64,000 nt of DNA from an uncultured Candidatus Rokubacteria bacterium (lineage in GTDB: Bacteria; Methylomirabilota; Methylomirabilia; Rokubacteriales; DASRDR01). A model generated the notes under the pieces. That model saw nothing but the letters and a program-made list of their open reading frames with translations. It ran no database searches and was not told where the DNA came from. Positions 1 through 13,500 of this stretch are shown here, piece after piece; the first letter of the stretch is position 1; the number at the start of each line of letters is the position of its first letter. The translations under genes and the position numbers were made by a program. The DNA lies in assembly GCA_963708025.1 (NCBI GenBank), contig CAVPSB010000018.1, positions 64,001-128,000 of the forward strand, read 5' to 3'.

Positions 1-527
1 CGCCGTACCGCTCCCGTCGCTCGCTCGCCTCAGTCGCGGTGAGCCCGCGCTGCGATCCGAGCAGATCGCGTAGCCGCTCGAGCGGGACCGCGCGTCGAGT
101 CACCGCGTTCCCTCCAGGCCCGCGACTGGATCGCGGGTGATGACCATCGCCTCGTCAGCCCGGATCACGAAGCGCCTATGCGTACCGGCCTCGGCGCCGA
201 TCACCGGCTCTCGGGCGACCGCGTCCGGTTCCGCTCGGTGTCGAGGGCGAGGCAGCACCACTCCATCTGCTGCCATGTCGACGCGCGCCTCAAGCGAGTG
301 CTCGCCGGTATTGCCGGACCGCTCGACCCCTGGTGCCACCACATGGACGGCGGACGTGGCACCGGTGAGCCCAAAGGGCCCGAGCTTACCCTCAGTGGCC
401 AGTAGCCCGACGGTGTCGCCGCTTCGGGAGAACCTCGGCCAGCGGGGGCGAGATGACAGGCCGCGGAAGACAACCAGCACCGTCTCATCATCGGGTTGAG
501 GCAGGCAGAGATGACGCTCGACGTCCG

Positions 528-3213
<2,686 letters not shown>

Positions 3214-3636
3214 GGCGGTCGTCTCCCGCTCCACGCCCAATTCCCCCTCAGTCGTGTCGTCGGCTGGCGGCGGAAAAAAACCCTCCTGTGCTCGCGCGCA
3301 AGAGGTCTCGATCCGGGCCCGTCTACATGCCCCGTCGGCGCGCCGGGTCGCCCATGACCGGCGACCGGGTTGGCGGCGTCGCCAAGCTACGCGATCTACT
3401 CCCCTCGAGTGTAGTCGATCCGTGTCCGTGCAAGCCGAGCGCCAACCCGACGACTCCGGGAGGCCCGGGAAGTGCGCGGATCTCAGCCTGATTGCACGCC
3501 TCAGCGCGCGGTGCCGGCCTGGGCTGAGGCGTCGATGCCCCAGTGGTGGCGGCAGGCGCCTCCCGGCGGGCTCGCGGACCCGCGCGACATCAGGCGCGCA
3601 CCAACGGAGTCATGTCAGCAGGCCGTCTCGTCCGCC

Positions 3637-4219
3637 TCATGCCGTCGAGGTGAACGGGGCCTCCAGCCGGGCGAGCACTGCGGCCTCCACCCCCGAGACC
3701 CGTTCACCGAACCCGAGCACACCGCCGCTGGTCTTGGCCACCGCTCGCGCGCGGTCGAGCAAGGCTCGCTTGAGCCGCGCGCGCCCTTCGGAATCGAGTT
3801 GCTCGCACATCCCCTGGACCAGATGAGTCCACGCCGTCAGCAGCTGCGGCGGCGGCTGGCGATCCAACCAGGCCTCGATCATGGCGTGCTCGATCGACCC
3901 GGAGACGAATCCGGCGGCTCCCACCCGCTCCAGCACGGCGCGGCGCTCCGGAGGGTCGAGCACCCCGTCGGCCCAGGCCACCTCCACGAGCGGAACCAGG
4001 GACAGGGCGGCCACCGTCTCGGCGCGAATGCCCAGCTCCATCAGCTTGTCGATGACAGCGCGGCTGGTGACCCCCGAGGCCTTCGCGAGAGCGTCCCGCG
4101 CCGTGTTCGACCGCCTTGAGCCTTCGCAACTGCTCGACCATCGATTGATCCTCGGGGCGGAAGAACTCGTCCTCGAGACTCTGGCCCCGATCGCGCAGCG
4201 GCTCCGGTGCGTGCGACAT
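3637..4219 (-). CDS. Conserved hypothetical protein with TerB-like C-terminal part; one frameshift near 4105
   Basis: MSHAPEPLRDRGQSLEDEFF (ORF 3704..4258) continues in another frame as LSLVPLVEVAWADGVLDPPERRAVL (ORF 3637..4491); GGAGG SD upstream. Confidence 0.65.
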
Positions 4220-4296
4220 GACGCCCCTCCTTGTTGTGGGATCGTGTGACCCTGCCAACCGCCTCGGGGTCTTCGGACACCGGCGGCGCCACGGGC

Positions 4297-4417
4297 ATGC
4301 GGGATATTGAGGTCACCCGCACAGCCCGCTTCCTCGTCCGCGAACTGCTCCGGCGGCTGCGTCTGGGGGAGCCCGACCGGCGGATCGCCCGTGATCCGAG
4401 CATGAGCCGGCACACGG
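4297..4417 (+). pseudogene. Relic of an IS21-family transposase (IstA) N-terminal HTH
   Basis: VRELLRRLRLGEPDRRIARDPSMSRHT resembles the IstA N-terminus; the rest of the gene is absent. Confidence 0.45.
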
Positions 4418-4423
4418 ACGGCT

Positions 4424-5785
4424 TCAGCGCGGCTCTCCCGGAGCGCACGGCAGCTCCACGATGACCGCGAGCCCGCGACCGCCGGGACCATCCGCGAAGC
4501 GGACTGTCGCGTCGTGGAGGTCCGCGATGCGCTTGACGATCGAGAGCCCGAGCCCGATGCCCGACTCGCGGCTCCCGGGAAGCCGATGGAAGCGCTGTCC
4601 GAGCCCTGCCCGGTCCGCCGGCGGGACGCCGGGTCCCTGGTCGCTCACCACGAGACGCCCGATCGCGCCGTCCCGGACAACCTCGACCCGCGCGCTCCCA
4701 CCCGCAGCGCCGTAGCGCACGGCGTTGTCGACGAGGTTCCGGACGAGGATCGCCAGCAGCGCCGGAGCCCCGGGGACGACGACCGACGGCCCCTCCACCA
4801 GCTCGAGCTCGATGCCCTTCGCCACCGCCAGCGGCGCGACGTCGGTGAGGACTTGCTTCACCACGTGTCGGAGGTCGCACACCTCGCCGCGCCCGACGGA
4901 CTCGCCGGGGTCGAGCCGCGCGAGCGTGAGGAGCTGCTCGACCGCGCGCGCCGCGCGATCACAGCCCGCCACGATGCTGTCGAGCGCGGCGCGGCGCTCG
5001 CTCTCCCTCGTTGCCGCGCGGGCGACCTCGGCGTGCGCGCGGACGGCGGCGATCGGCGTCCTGAGCTCGTGGGCCGCGTCCGCCGTGAACCGGCGCTCGC
5101 TCTCGATGGACACGCGCACCCGCTCGAGGAGGCGATTCAGGTTGGTCACCAGCGGCGCGACCTCGGCGGGTGGGCTCGTCACCTCGAGCGGCGCCAGGTT
5201 GTTCGGGTCGCGCTGCATGACCTGCGCGCCGAGGCTCGCCAGGGGTCGGGTCCCCCAGCGGATGCCGAGCCACACGAGCAGGCCCAGCAGCGGGAGCGCG
5301 ACGACCATCGGCTTGAGGAGGTTCATGCCGATCGTGGCGGCGAGGCGCTCGCGTGCGGTGCGCTCTTCCCCCACCTGGATCAGGAACCGTTGCTTGTGCC
5401 CCCAGGTGCTGAAGACGCGCCAGCGCCGGCCCCCGACATCGGCGTCGCTGAACCCGTCGAGCCGCTCGGACAGCCGCTCGTTCGGCGCGTCGGCGGAATG
5501 CAGGCGGAGCACCCGTCCCCGCTCCCAGATCTGGAACACGACCCGCTGCCCGTAGCGGTGGACCTTCGGAGCGTGCTCCATCTCGATCTCTTCCAGCTCG
5601 TGGCTCGCCTGCGCCACGAGCAGGGCCGCGGCCTGCACGAGGTGGGCGTCGAGCAGCTCGTCGAGCTCGCGCCGCGCGTCGAGGTAACTCACGACCGCGG
5701 TGGCCAGCCAGATCGCCGCCACCGCCGCGAGCACCCCCGCAAGCAGCCGGCCCTTCATGGAGGCCGGCCTCGGCGCCTCAGTCAT
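4424..5785 (-). CDS. Sensor histidine kinase, QseC/PmrB-like
   Basis: Two TM segments, H-box FTADAAHELRTP, NLVDNAVRY, DQGPG, GIGLGL. Confidence 0.92.
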   Translation of the reverse strand: MTEAPRPASMKGRLLAGVLAAVAAIWLATAVVSYLDARRELDELLDAHLVQAAALLVAQASHELEEIEMEHAPKVHRYGQRVVFQIWERGRVLRLHSADAPNERLSERLDGFSDADVGGRRWRVFSTWGHKQRFLIQVGEERTARERLAATIGMNLLKPMVVALPLLGLLVWLGIRWGTRPLASLGAQVMQRDPNNLAPLEVTSPPAEVAPLVTNLNRLLERVRVSIESERRFTADAAHELRTPIAAVRAHAEVARAATRESERRAALDSIVAGCDRAARAVEQLLTLARLDPGESVGRGEVCDLRHVVKQVLTDVAPLAVAKGIELELVEGPSVVVPGAPALLAILVRNLVDNAVRYGAAGGSARVEVVRDGAIGRLVVSDQGPGVPPADRAGLGQRFHRLPGSRESGIGLGLSIVKRIADLHDATVRFADGPGGRGLAVIVELPCAPGEPR

Positions 5786-6446
5786 CGTCCTCGCGGGGCA
5801 TCAGGTAGCCGACGCCGCGGATGGTGCGGATCAGCGCCGGCGCGAGCTTGCGCCGCAGGTGGTGGACGTGCACCTCCACCGCGTTGCTCTCGATCTCCCG
5901 CCCCCACGGGTAGAGTCGCTCCTCGAGCTGCTCGCGGGACAGGACGCGCCCCGCGTTCAGCATGAGCGCGTGCAGCAGCGAGAACTCGCGCGCGGAGAGC
6001 TCGACGGGCCTGCCGCGGAACACCACGCGATGCGCGGCGGGGTCGAGCTCGAGCTCCCCGCGGCGCAGCGCCGGTGCCGCCTCGCCGCTCGCGCGCCGGA
6101 TCAACGCCCGGAGCCGCGCCGCCAGCTCGGCGAGGTCCACGGGCTTGACGACGTAATCGTCGGCGCCGGCGTCGAGCCCGGTGACGCGATCGTCCACGGC
6201 GTCGCGGGCCGTGAGGATCAGCACGGGCACCTTGCTGCGGCGCGCGCGAAGGCGACGCAGCACCGTGAGGCCGCCCAGCCCCGGCAGCCCGAGGTCGAGC
6301 ACCACGGCCGCGATCGGCTCGGCCTCGAGCAGGTCGAGCGCGTCGGGGCCGTCCCGGACCCAGTCCACCGCGAAGCCCGCCTGAGCGAGTCCGGCGCGGA
6401 TGCCGTCACCGAGCAACGCATCGTCCTCGACCAGGAGCACCCGCAT
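5778..6446 (-). CDS. OmpR-family response regulator, QseB/PmrA-like
   Basis: MRVLLVEDD, LDLGLPG, GADDYVVKP, winged helix IRTIRGVGY. Confidence 0.93.
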   Translation of the reverse strand: MRVLLVEDDALLGDGIRAGLAQAGFAVDWVRDGPDALDLLEAEPIAAVVLDLGLPGLGGLTVLRRLRARRSKVPVLILTARDAVDDRVTGLDAGADDYVVKPVDLAELAARLRALIRRASGEAAPALRRGELELDPAAHRVVFRGRPVELSAREFSLLHALMLNAGRVLSREQLEERLYPWGREIESNAVEVHVHHLRRKLAPALIRTIRGVGYLMPREDDD

Positions 6447-6452
6447 CGCCGC

Positions 6453-7160
6453 TCAGTCGTCCTCCGAGTGCGCGGCGCGGGTTGCGCTCTCCTGGGCGAC
6501 CTTCGCGCCGCCTCGCCCGACGCCGGGAAGCGAGACGACGTCGAGCCAGAGCGCAAGGACCAGCGCGGCGAGCCCTGCGCCGACGAGCCATCGCGACCGC
6601 GGAATGCCGTCGCTCGCCGCACCGCGCTTTCTCCCCGTGATCATCGCTCCGACCAGATTCTCCCGGTGCAGCACGCTGCTCAGGACCACGCCGGCGACGT
6701 GCACGCCAACCGTGGCGAGCAGCGTCCACGCGAGCGCGGCGTGCGCGTCTTCGAGCCACTTGCCGCCAATGTCGTTGGACGTGGCGGAGCCGGTGACCCC
6801 GACGAGGACGCCGAGACTCAGCATCAGCCAGATCGCCCAGCTGCCGGCTGGAGTGTGACCCAGGTGGCGCGCGGCCGACGATTCCAGTGTGGCGAGCGAC
6901 GCGAGGTAACGCAAGACCGCGCGCGGCCCGAAGGCGAACGCGCCGAACCGCGCGTAGCGAGTCCCCACCACCCCCCACACGAGCCGGAACGCGATCAGGA
7001 CCAGCATCGTGGCGCCGAACGTCACGTGCAGATCGCGGTGGCGCTCCGAATCGGCGGTGACGAACGCCCCGGCGAACGAGAGCACGAGCAGCCAGTGGAA
7101 GAGCCGGGTCGGAACGTCCCAGACCAGGATCGTTCGCGGACGGCCGCCGGCGGCCCTCAT
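6453..7160 (-). CDS. Cytochrome b/b6 domain membrane protein
   Basis: VWDVPTRLFHW, RYARF, LGHTPAG, RENLVGAMITG. Confidence 0.88.
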   Translation of the reverse strand: MRAAGGRPRTILVWDVPTRLFHWLLVLSFAGAFVTADSERHRDLHVTFGATMLVLIAFRLVWGVVGTRYARFGAFAFGPRAVLRYLASLATLESSAARHLGHTPAGSWAIWLMLSLGVLVGVTGSATSNDIGGKWLEDAHAALAWTLLATVGVHVAGVVLSSVLHRENLVGAMITGRKRGAASDGIPRSRWLVGAGLAALVLALWLDVVSLPGVGRGGAKVAQESATRAAHSEDD

Positions 7161-7627
7161 CTCGGCAGCCTCACGCCGTGCTCATCGTAGTCGCCGCTCT
7201 CCGCGGCGCGATGGCACGCCGCGCAGTTCGCGGGGCTCTTGACGCCGGCGTGCGCCCACACGGCGGCGGGAACCTCGCGGTGCTCGCGGCGAAACCACGC
7301 CGTGTCGGTGATGCGGGTCGTCGCCGCGACCCCCCGATCCCGTCCGGCGTACTGCTCCAGGAACGACTTCACCTGGGCGGCGGTGTTCGGGTCGAGCGAG
7401 GCGTCGGTGCCGAAGTGCTTGTCGAGACTTCCCATGATCGCCTGCCACGAGCGGGCCGGCAGGAGCTGCGGCGGATACGCCAGGTGGCACGCGCCGCACT
7501 CGGTCTTCCAGGTGGCGTTGGTGGTCACCGCAAGGCGCCCGTCGGCGCGGGCCGATGTCGTGGGCTGGATGACGAGCACCGCCAGGATCGACGCGCACGC
7601 CGCGACGAGAACCGGTACGTTCTTCAT
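7157..7627 (-). CDS. Diheme cytochrome c (DHC)
   Basis: Signal peptide, CGACH and CAACH heme motifs, LDKHFGTDASLD. Confidence 0.88.
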   Translation of the reverse strand: MKNVPVLVAACASILAVLVIQPTTSARADGRLAVTTNATWKTECGACHLAYPPQLLPARSWQAIMGSLDKHFGTDASLDPNTAAQVKSFLEQYAGRDRGVAATTRITDTAWFRREHREVPAAVWAHAGVKSPANCAACHRAAESGDYDEHGVRLPR

Positions 7628-7634
7628 GAGGGCC

Positions 7635-8054
7635 TCACTTCCCAAGCGACAGGAGCCATGCGAGCACGTCACCCTTCTCGAGCGCCGTGCAGCTCCGTCC
7701 GAGGACGTCGTTGCAGTTGCGCTTGAACCACTTGTCGACACTCGCGGGATCGGTGAACCGCTCGGGGTTCGCCACCGGTGCCAGGGGGGCGAGCGTCTTG
7801 CCGGTCTTCGCGTGTCGCCCCACCTGGCGAGGATCCGCCGTGTGACAGGTCGCGCAGCTCCAGTCGCTGCCGTGCACGGCCTTGAAGAACTGCTGCCCGC
7901 GCTGGCCGGAGAAACCGGAAAACGCCGGGCTGGCCTGCCGAGCTTCCGCCTCGAGGGCTCGCTGGATGTCGAGCGGCGACGCGGCTGACGCGAGCGCGCT
8001 CCCGCCGAGGATCCAGCCCGTGACGATCATGCTTCCGAGTGTCGCTGTCCGCAT
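7635..8054 (-). CDS. Sphaeroides heme protein (SHP)/DUF1924 cytochrome c
   Basis: Signal peptide, CATCH, KWFKRNCNDVLGRSCT; GGAGG SD. Confidence 0.85.
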   Translation of the reverse strand: MRTATLGSMIVTGWILGGSALASAASPLDIQRALEAEARQASPAFSGFSGQRGQQFFKAVHGSDWSCATCHTADPRQVGRHAKTGKTLAPLAPVANPERFTDPASVDKWFKRNCNDVLGRSCTALEKGDVLAWLLSLGK

Positions 8055-8105
8055 GGTGACCTCCCAGTCGATGTGTGCCATCGAGAGGAAGGCTAGGGCC
8101 GCCGC

Positions 8106-8122
8106 CTTAACGGCCGCTTAAG
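8106..8122 (-). promoter_or_regulatory. PmrA/QseB-type box upstream of the SHP operon
   Basis: Minus strand CTTAAG-N5-GTTAAG, followed by a -10-like TAGCCT (8090-8095). Confidence 0.6.
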
Positions 8123-8299
8123 CGGATCACCGCTCGCTCCCGGACAGTACTCTCTCGATTTCGGTGAGGCCGTCCGGTCGGAAGGGAACACTGTGTCAAC
8201 CAGTGGCCGACGTCTACCGGGTTTGCAGGGTGAGGGCTGGCAGCGTGGCGTGGCAGCGAACTGGTAACTGGCCGACTCCTGAAGGTGTGTCTACCCCCG

Positions 8300-8341
8300 T
8301 TACAAGGCTGGGGTCGCAGGTTCGAGCCCTGCTCCGCCTAC
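8300..8341 (+). mobile_element. 3' half of tRNA-Val(TAC); probable att site
   Basis: TTACAA GGCTG GGGTC GCAGG TTCGAGC CCTGC TCCGCCT A; no matching 5' half upstream. Confidence 0.7.
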
Positions 8342-8479
8342 GGCCCGTTTCCACGACTTCCCGGCCATTTCGGGGGAGTCGTCCGTCGGCCGCCAAAGGA
8401 CAGAAGAGGCCACGAACGGACAGCGCCGTGGCAATGGCCGTGGTGATCGGGAGATGCGGTCGTTGACCGAAGGCCGAGG

Positions 8480-8974
8480 CTACGCCGGCGGCCGCCGCGC
8501 CAGCGCCGCCCGGACGGCCTGCACCACCGCCTCGAGCGACTGCGGCTTCGGCAGGCGGCCGACGATGTTGAGCCCGTGGTCGGACACGGGTTCCTCGTCG
8601 AGGAAGCCCGAGATGATGAGCACGGGGGTCTGCGAGAGGGCTGGAGTAAGGCGGACTCGCTGCAACACCCCATCACCGCCGAGCCCAGGCATCCGGAGGT
8701 CCAGGATCATCAGGTCCGGGAGCACGGACCGCATCAGATCGAAGGCCTCCCCGCCCTCGCGGGCGGCCACCGTCCGAAAGCCCGTCCGCCGCAACGCGGC
8801 CGCCCACACCTCGACGACGACCGGATCATCATCCGCGATCAGGATCCAGGGCGGCAGCAGCCTCACGGGGGCCGGCCCGGCGCTCTCCGCCAGCATGGGT
8901 CGCGCCAGCCCGGCGAGGGGAGAGCGGCCGCCAGGCTCGCGATCGACGGGGGCGGCGGCGCTGGCGGCCATCAT
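8480..8974 (-). CDS. Single-domain response regulator (start uncertain)
   Basis: ILIADDD, PDLMILDLRMP, LPKP. Confidence 0.8.
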   Translation of the reverse strand: MMAASAAAPVDREPGGRSPLAGLARPMLAESAGPAPVRLLPPWILIADDDPVVVEVWAAALRRTGFRTVAAREGGEAFDLMRSVLPDLMILDLRMPGLGGDGVLQRVRLTPALSQTPVLIISGFLDEEPVSDHGLNIVGRLPKPQSLEAVVQAVRAALARRPPA

Positions 8975-9123
8975 GGGAACGTGGGGTCAGGGTAGCGGGT
9001 TTCCCCGCGGCCGACAAGCGGGGGCTTTCCACCAGACGATCATCAACGGCAGGCAGCGGGTGTGACTGGCGCGCGTGATCTACCAGGGGGCGCCGCCGGG
9101 CGAAGGTCTGCCGCAGGAAGGAC

Positions 9124-9290
9124 CTACTCTCTGCCTTTCCCCTTCCATTTCGCGTGACCCGGAGGGCCCCCCTTCTCGGCATGCTTCAGGTGCCCCGGCG
9201 GAGCTTGTAGTACTGGCCCGGGGACGGCGACGATCGCGCGAGGCAGCTTGACGAAGGGGATGGGCGTCCACGGGCCTCACCATGGGAGTG
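9124..9290 (-). pseudogene. C-terminal relic of a PPGH-rich secreted-type protein
   Basis: Frame reads WTPIPFVKLPRAIVAVP...PPGHLKHAEKGGPPGHAKWKGKGRE-stop with no clear start. Confidence 0.35.
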
Positions 9291-9384
9291 GGCTTTTCGC
9301 GCGCCCGCCCGTCCGTTCCCGTGGGAACGGGGAGGGTTGGACTGCTTCGAGGACGAGCTACGCGGGACGGGGTGGAGGCCGGCG

Positions 9385-9756
9385 CTACGCCGGCCTCCGC
9401 ACCAGCGCCGCCCGGACGGCGTCCAGCATCGCGGTCAGCGCCTGCGGCTTCTGCAGGCGGCCCACGATGTTGAGCCCTTGGCCGGACGCGTGCACTTCAT
9501 CCGAAAAGCCCGAGCTGATCAGCACCGGGATCCGGGAGAGGTCCGACTTCTGGCGGATCTGCTGCAGCACCTCGTTGCCGCTGAGACCGGGCATGCGGAG
9601 GTCGAGGATCATCAGGTCGGGGAGGACCTTCGGTATCAGTCGGAGCGCCTCGCGGCCATCACGGGCCTGGACGGTTTTGTACCCCGCCTGGTTGAGCGCT
9701 TCGGCCCAGACCTCACGGATGACGGGATCGTCGTCGGCGACGAGGATCCACTTCAT
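9385..9756 (-). CDS. Single-domain response regulator (paralog of 8480..8974)
   Basis: MKWILVADDD, PDLMILDLRMP, LQKP. Confidence 0.85.
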   Translation of the reverse strand: MKWILVADDDPVIREVWAEALNQAGYKTVQARDGREALRLIPKVLPDLMILDLRMPGLSGNEVLQQIRQKSDLSRIPVLISSGFSDEVHASGQGLNIVGRLQKPQALTAMLDAVRAALVRRPA

Positions 9757-9836
9757 GGCATCCACGGTACGAGCGGCAGCCGGTGGCAGTCAAGAAAATG
9801 CCCCGGCCCGGCCCGCGCCGGCCCGTGAATAGCTTC

Positions 9837-10490
9837 TCAAGTGGGAAAGGAGGACCGAGCGGCCGGCCCGACCCCGTCGGCGATGACGCCGAGGGCGGTC
9901 TCGACCGCCCGGAGCGCCAGGGCGAAATCTAGGCTGGGCTGGTCGAGCCTGCTCGACGCGACCATCGCCGGCAGGAGCGGCACGTGAACGAAGCCGGCCC
10001 GCGTGGCGGCCCCCCGGCGCTCGATCTCGTGGAGCGTCGCGTACAGGGTCTGGTTACAGAGGTAGGTCCCGGCGGTGTCGGACATGTAGGCCGGGATGCC
10101 CTCGGCCGTGAGCGCGGCCAGGATGCCGGGCAGCGGCAGCGTGGTGAAGTAGGCAGCCGGGCCGCCCGGGACGCACGGCTCACCGTCGGCGCGATAGCCG
10201 GCGTTGTCCGGAATCCGGTAGGCCATCACGTTCAGGGCGACGCGCTCGAGGGCCACCCGGGCGCGTCCCTCGGCGAGTCCGAGGTGGAGGACGGCCGCCG
10301 GCGCCAGGTCGGCCAGCAGCGCCCGCGCCCCGGCCGCCGCCTCGACGTGGTGGACCGGCAGCACCGCGCTCTCCACCCGGCAGCCGCCGACGCGCCGGCC
10401 GGCGACGGCCTTGGCGAGGTCGGCGGAGGGATTGACGGCGTGGCTGCCGAACGGCTCGAAGCCGGTGACGAGGATGACGGGGTCTGACAC
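9837..10490 (-). CDS. pcp: Pyroglutamyl-peptidase I
   Basis: ILVTGFEPFG, LERVALN, AGTYLCN, GFVHVP. Confidence 0.9.
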   Translation of the reverse strand: MSDPVILVTGFEPFGSHAVNPSADLAKAVAGRRVGGCRVESAVLPVHHVEAAAGARALLADLAPAAVLHLGLAEGRARVALERVALNVMAYRIPDNAGYRADGEPCVPGGPAAYFTTLPLPGILAALTAEGIPAYMSDTAGTYLCNQTLYATLHEIERRGAATRAGFVHVPLLPAMVASSRLDQPSLDFALALRAVETALGVIADGVGPAARSSFPT

Positions 10491-10598
10491 GACGTGCCCT
10501 CCTGGCCGCGCGCGGGCCGTGCGGTCACTATACGTCCGGACGGCCCCCAATGACCATCGTTTGCCCGCCCTTTCGCGAGGGCGTACAGTAACTTCGCC

Positions 10599-13500
10599 AT
10601 GACCTGCGCCGGCTGCGCGTTCGAGGCGCCGCCCGACTTCGCCTTCTGCCCGCGCTGCGGCGCCCGGCTCGGCGCCGCGCCGGCGGCGTCCAGGGCCGCG
10701 GCGCCGGAGGTGGGCGCCCGAGCCTCGCCGCCCGGCCCGGCGGAGGGCGACACGGACCGCCGCTCGGTCAGCGTCCTCTTCGCCGACCTCTCCGGCTTCA
10801 CCGCCCTCGGGGAGTCGCTCGATCCCGAAGACATCCGGACCTTCCAGGACGACCTGTTCCGCGAGATGCGCGCCGCGATCGAGCGGTACGAGGGCTTCGT
10901 CGAGAAGTTCGTCGGCGACGCCGTGATGGCGGTGTTCGGTGCGCCGACCGCCCACGAGGACGATCCCGAGCGCGCGCTCCGGGCGGCGCTCGCGATGCAC
11001 GAGCGGATGGCCGCCCTGGACGGCGTCTGGGCGCGGCGCCTCGGCCGCGCCCTCGCGCTCCACGTGGGCGTCAACACCGGCCCCGTCGTCGCCGGCACCC
11101 TGGGCGCGGGCGACGGCGCCTACGCGGTGACCGGGGACACCGTGAACACGGCGGCCCGGCTCCAGCAAGCCGCCGCGCCGGGCCAGACGCTGGCCAGCCG
11201 CGCCACCTACCTGCTCACGCAGCACGCGTTCGCCTTCGAGCCTGCGGGCGAGCTGCGGCTCCGGGGGAAGGCCGAGCCGCTGACCGCGTTTCGCGTGCTG
11301 GGCGCGCTGGAGACACCGCGGTCCCCGCGCGGGCTCGAGGCGCACGGCCTCGCCGTCCCGCTCGTCGGGCGCGACGCGGAGCTCGGCCGCCTGCAGGCGG
11401 CGTTCGACGGGGTCGCCGGGGGACGCGCCGAGGTCGTCAGCCTCGTCGGCGAGGCGGGGATGGGCAAGTCCCGGCTCGTCAACGAGTTCTTCGCGCGGCT
11501 GGAGGCGAGCGGCCGCCTCCGGAGCGCCACGGTGCGCCGGGCCGCCTGCTCCGCGCTGGGCGAGCGAACGTACGGCGTGCTCGCCGCCTTCTTCCGGGAG
11601 GGGTACGGCATCACGGCGACCGATTCGCTGGAGGCGGCCCGCCGGAAGCTGGCGGCCGGGCTCGAGGCCCTGGGCGCCGGCGCCGAGGAGCGCGACCGCC
11701 TGTCGGCGGTCGTCGGGTACGTGCTCGGGCTTCCGTCCGACGAGGCCACGCCGCAGCTGGACCCCGAGCAGCTCAAGCGCCAGATCTTCTACGCGACGCG
11801 CGGGCTACTCGAGCGGACGATGACACGGGGTCCGCTCGTCCTGCTCGTGGAGGACCTGCACTGGGCCGACGCGGCCTCCGTCGAGCTGCTCGGCGTGATG
11901 GCCGACCGGCTCGCCGACCGGCCGCTGCTGCTCCTGGTCACCTGCCGGCCGAGCTTCGATGCGTTGACGCTCCGCACCGGCCGGGCGAGCCACACGACGC
12001 TGCGCCTCGCTCCGCTCTCCGCCGACGACGGCACCGCGCTCCTCGACACGCTCTTCGGCCCGTCGGCGCGCGCGCTGCCCGCGACCCTGCGCGAGCAGGT
12101 CGTCGGGCGTGCGGGCGGCAACCCGTTCTATCTGGAGGAGTTGATTCGGGAGCTGATCGACGGGGGTGTGCTCGTCCGGACGGACGAGGGCTGGGCGTGC
12201 GCCGGCGAGGCCGCCGCCGTCGAGGTGCCGGTGACGGTCCAGGGGCTGATCCTCTCCCGACTCGACCGCCTTCCGGGTACGGCCCGGCGGCTCGCCCAGG
12301 AGGCCGCCGTCCTCGGTCCCGCGTTCGACGCGCGGCTGCTCGGCCTCGTCGCCGGTGACCCGTCGGGGTGCGAGGCCGGCCTCCAGGTCCTCGAGCGCGC
12401 CGGGCTGATCGCGCCGCCGGCCGCGTCCGGGCGCTACGCGTTCGGTCACGCGATGGTCCAGGAGGCGATCTACCAGAACCTGCTCCTGCGGCGCCGCCTG
12501 GAGCTTCACGGCCGGGCAGCGCGGGCGCTCGAGGGCTTGGGCGCCGGCGGGGAGCGCCCGGCGCGGCTCGAGGACCTCGAAGCCCTCGGGCACCACTTCA
12601 GCTTGAGCGCCGACAAGCTTCCCGGCGCCCGCTACCTCACGAAGGCCGGGGACTGGGCCCGGGCGGTCTACGCCAACGAGGACGCGATCCGCCACTACGA
12701 GCGGGCGCTTCGGACGCTGGCGGAGTGCGAGGGCGACGAGACTGAGCGACTCCTCGTGGAGGAGCGGCTCGCGGACCTGCTCGGCCTCACCGGCCGGCGC
12801 CCCGCGGCGATCGAGCGCTTCACGACGGTCCGCCGGCTGGCGGAAGCGGCCGGCGACCGGGCCACCCAGGCCCGGAGTCACCGCAAGGCGGCGGGGCTCC
12901 ACTGGGACGCCGGCGAGCGCGACGCGGCGCTCGGCTGTCTGCGGGCGGGGCTGGGCCTCCTCGACGGGATCGAGCACATCGAGCGCGCCCACCTCTACCA
13001 GGAGATGGGCCGGCTGGCCTTCCGGAGCGGCGACAGCGCCGCCGCGCTGGAATGGGCCGAGCGGGCGCTCGCCGAGGGCGAGCGGCTCGGCGCCGACTCG
13101 GACGAGGCGCGGACGGAGACCGCGGCCGCCATCGCGCACGCCCACAACACCCGCGGCGTGGCGCTCGCCCGGCTGGGCCGCCTCGACGAGGCCGTCGGGC
13201 AGATCGAGCGGGGCGTCGAGGTCGCCCGCCGCCACGACCTGCTCCAGGTCGCGTGCCGCGGCTACGCCAACCTGGGGGTCGTCTACAGCAGTCTCGATCC
13301 CGGCCGGGCGATCGAGACCTGCCAGAGCGGGCTCGAGATCGCGCGGAAGATCGGCGACCTCGGCTTCCAGTCCCGCCTCTACGCGAACCTGGCCGTCGCG
13401 TACTGCGCCTTGACGAACCGCTGCGACGACGACGGCGTCGCCGCCGCCCAGGCGGCGATCGAGCTGGACCGGCAGCTCGGCCAGCTCGACCACCTGGCGG

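Noticed and set aside
1-527. ORFs at the window start
   Set aside because: No recognisable motif or consistent coding signal
8975-9384. Riboswitch, SRP or 6S RNA
   Set aside because: Hairpins are present but conserved motifs do not match; a protein relic explains part of the region
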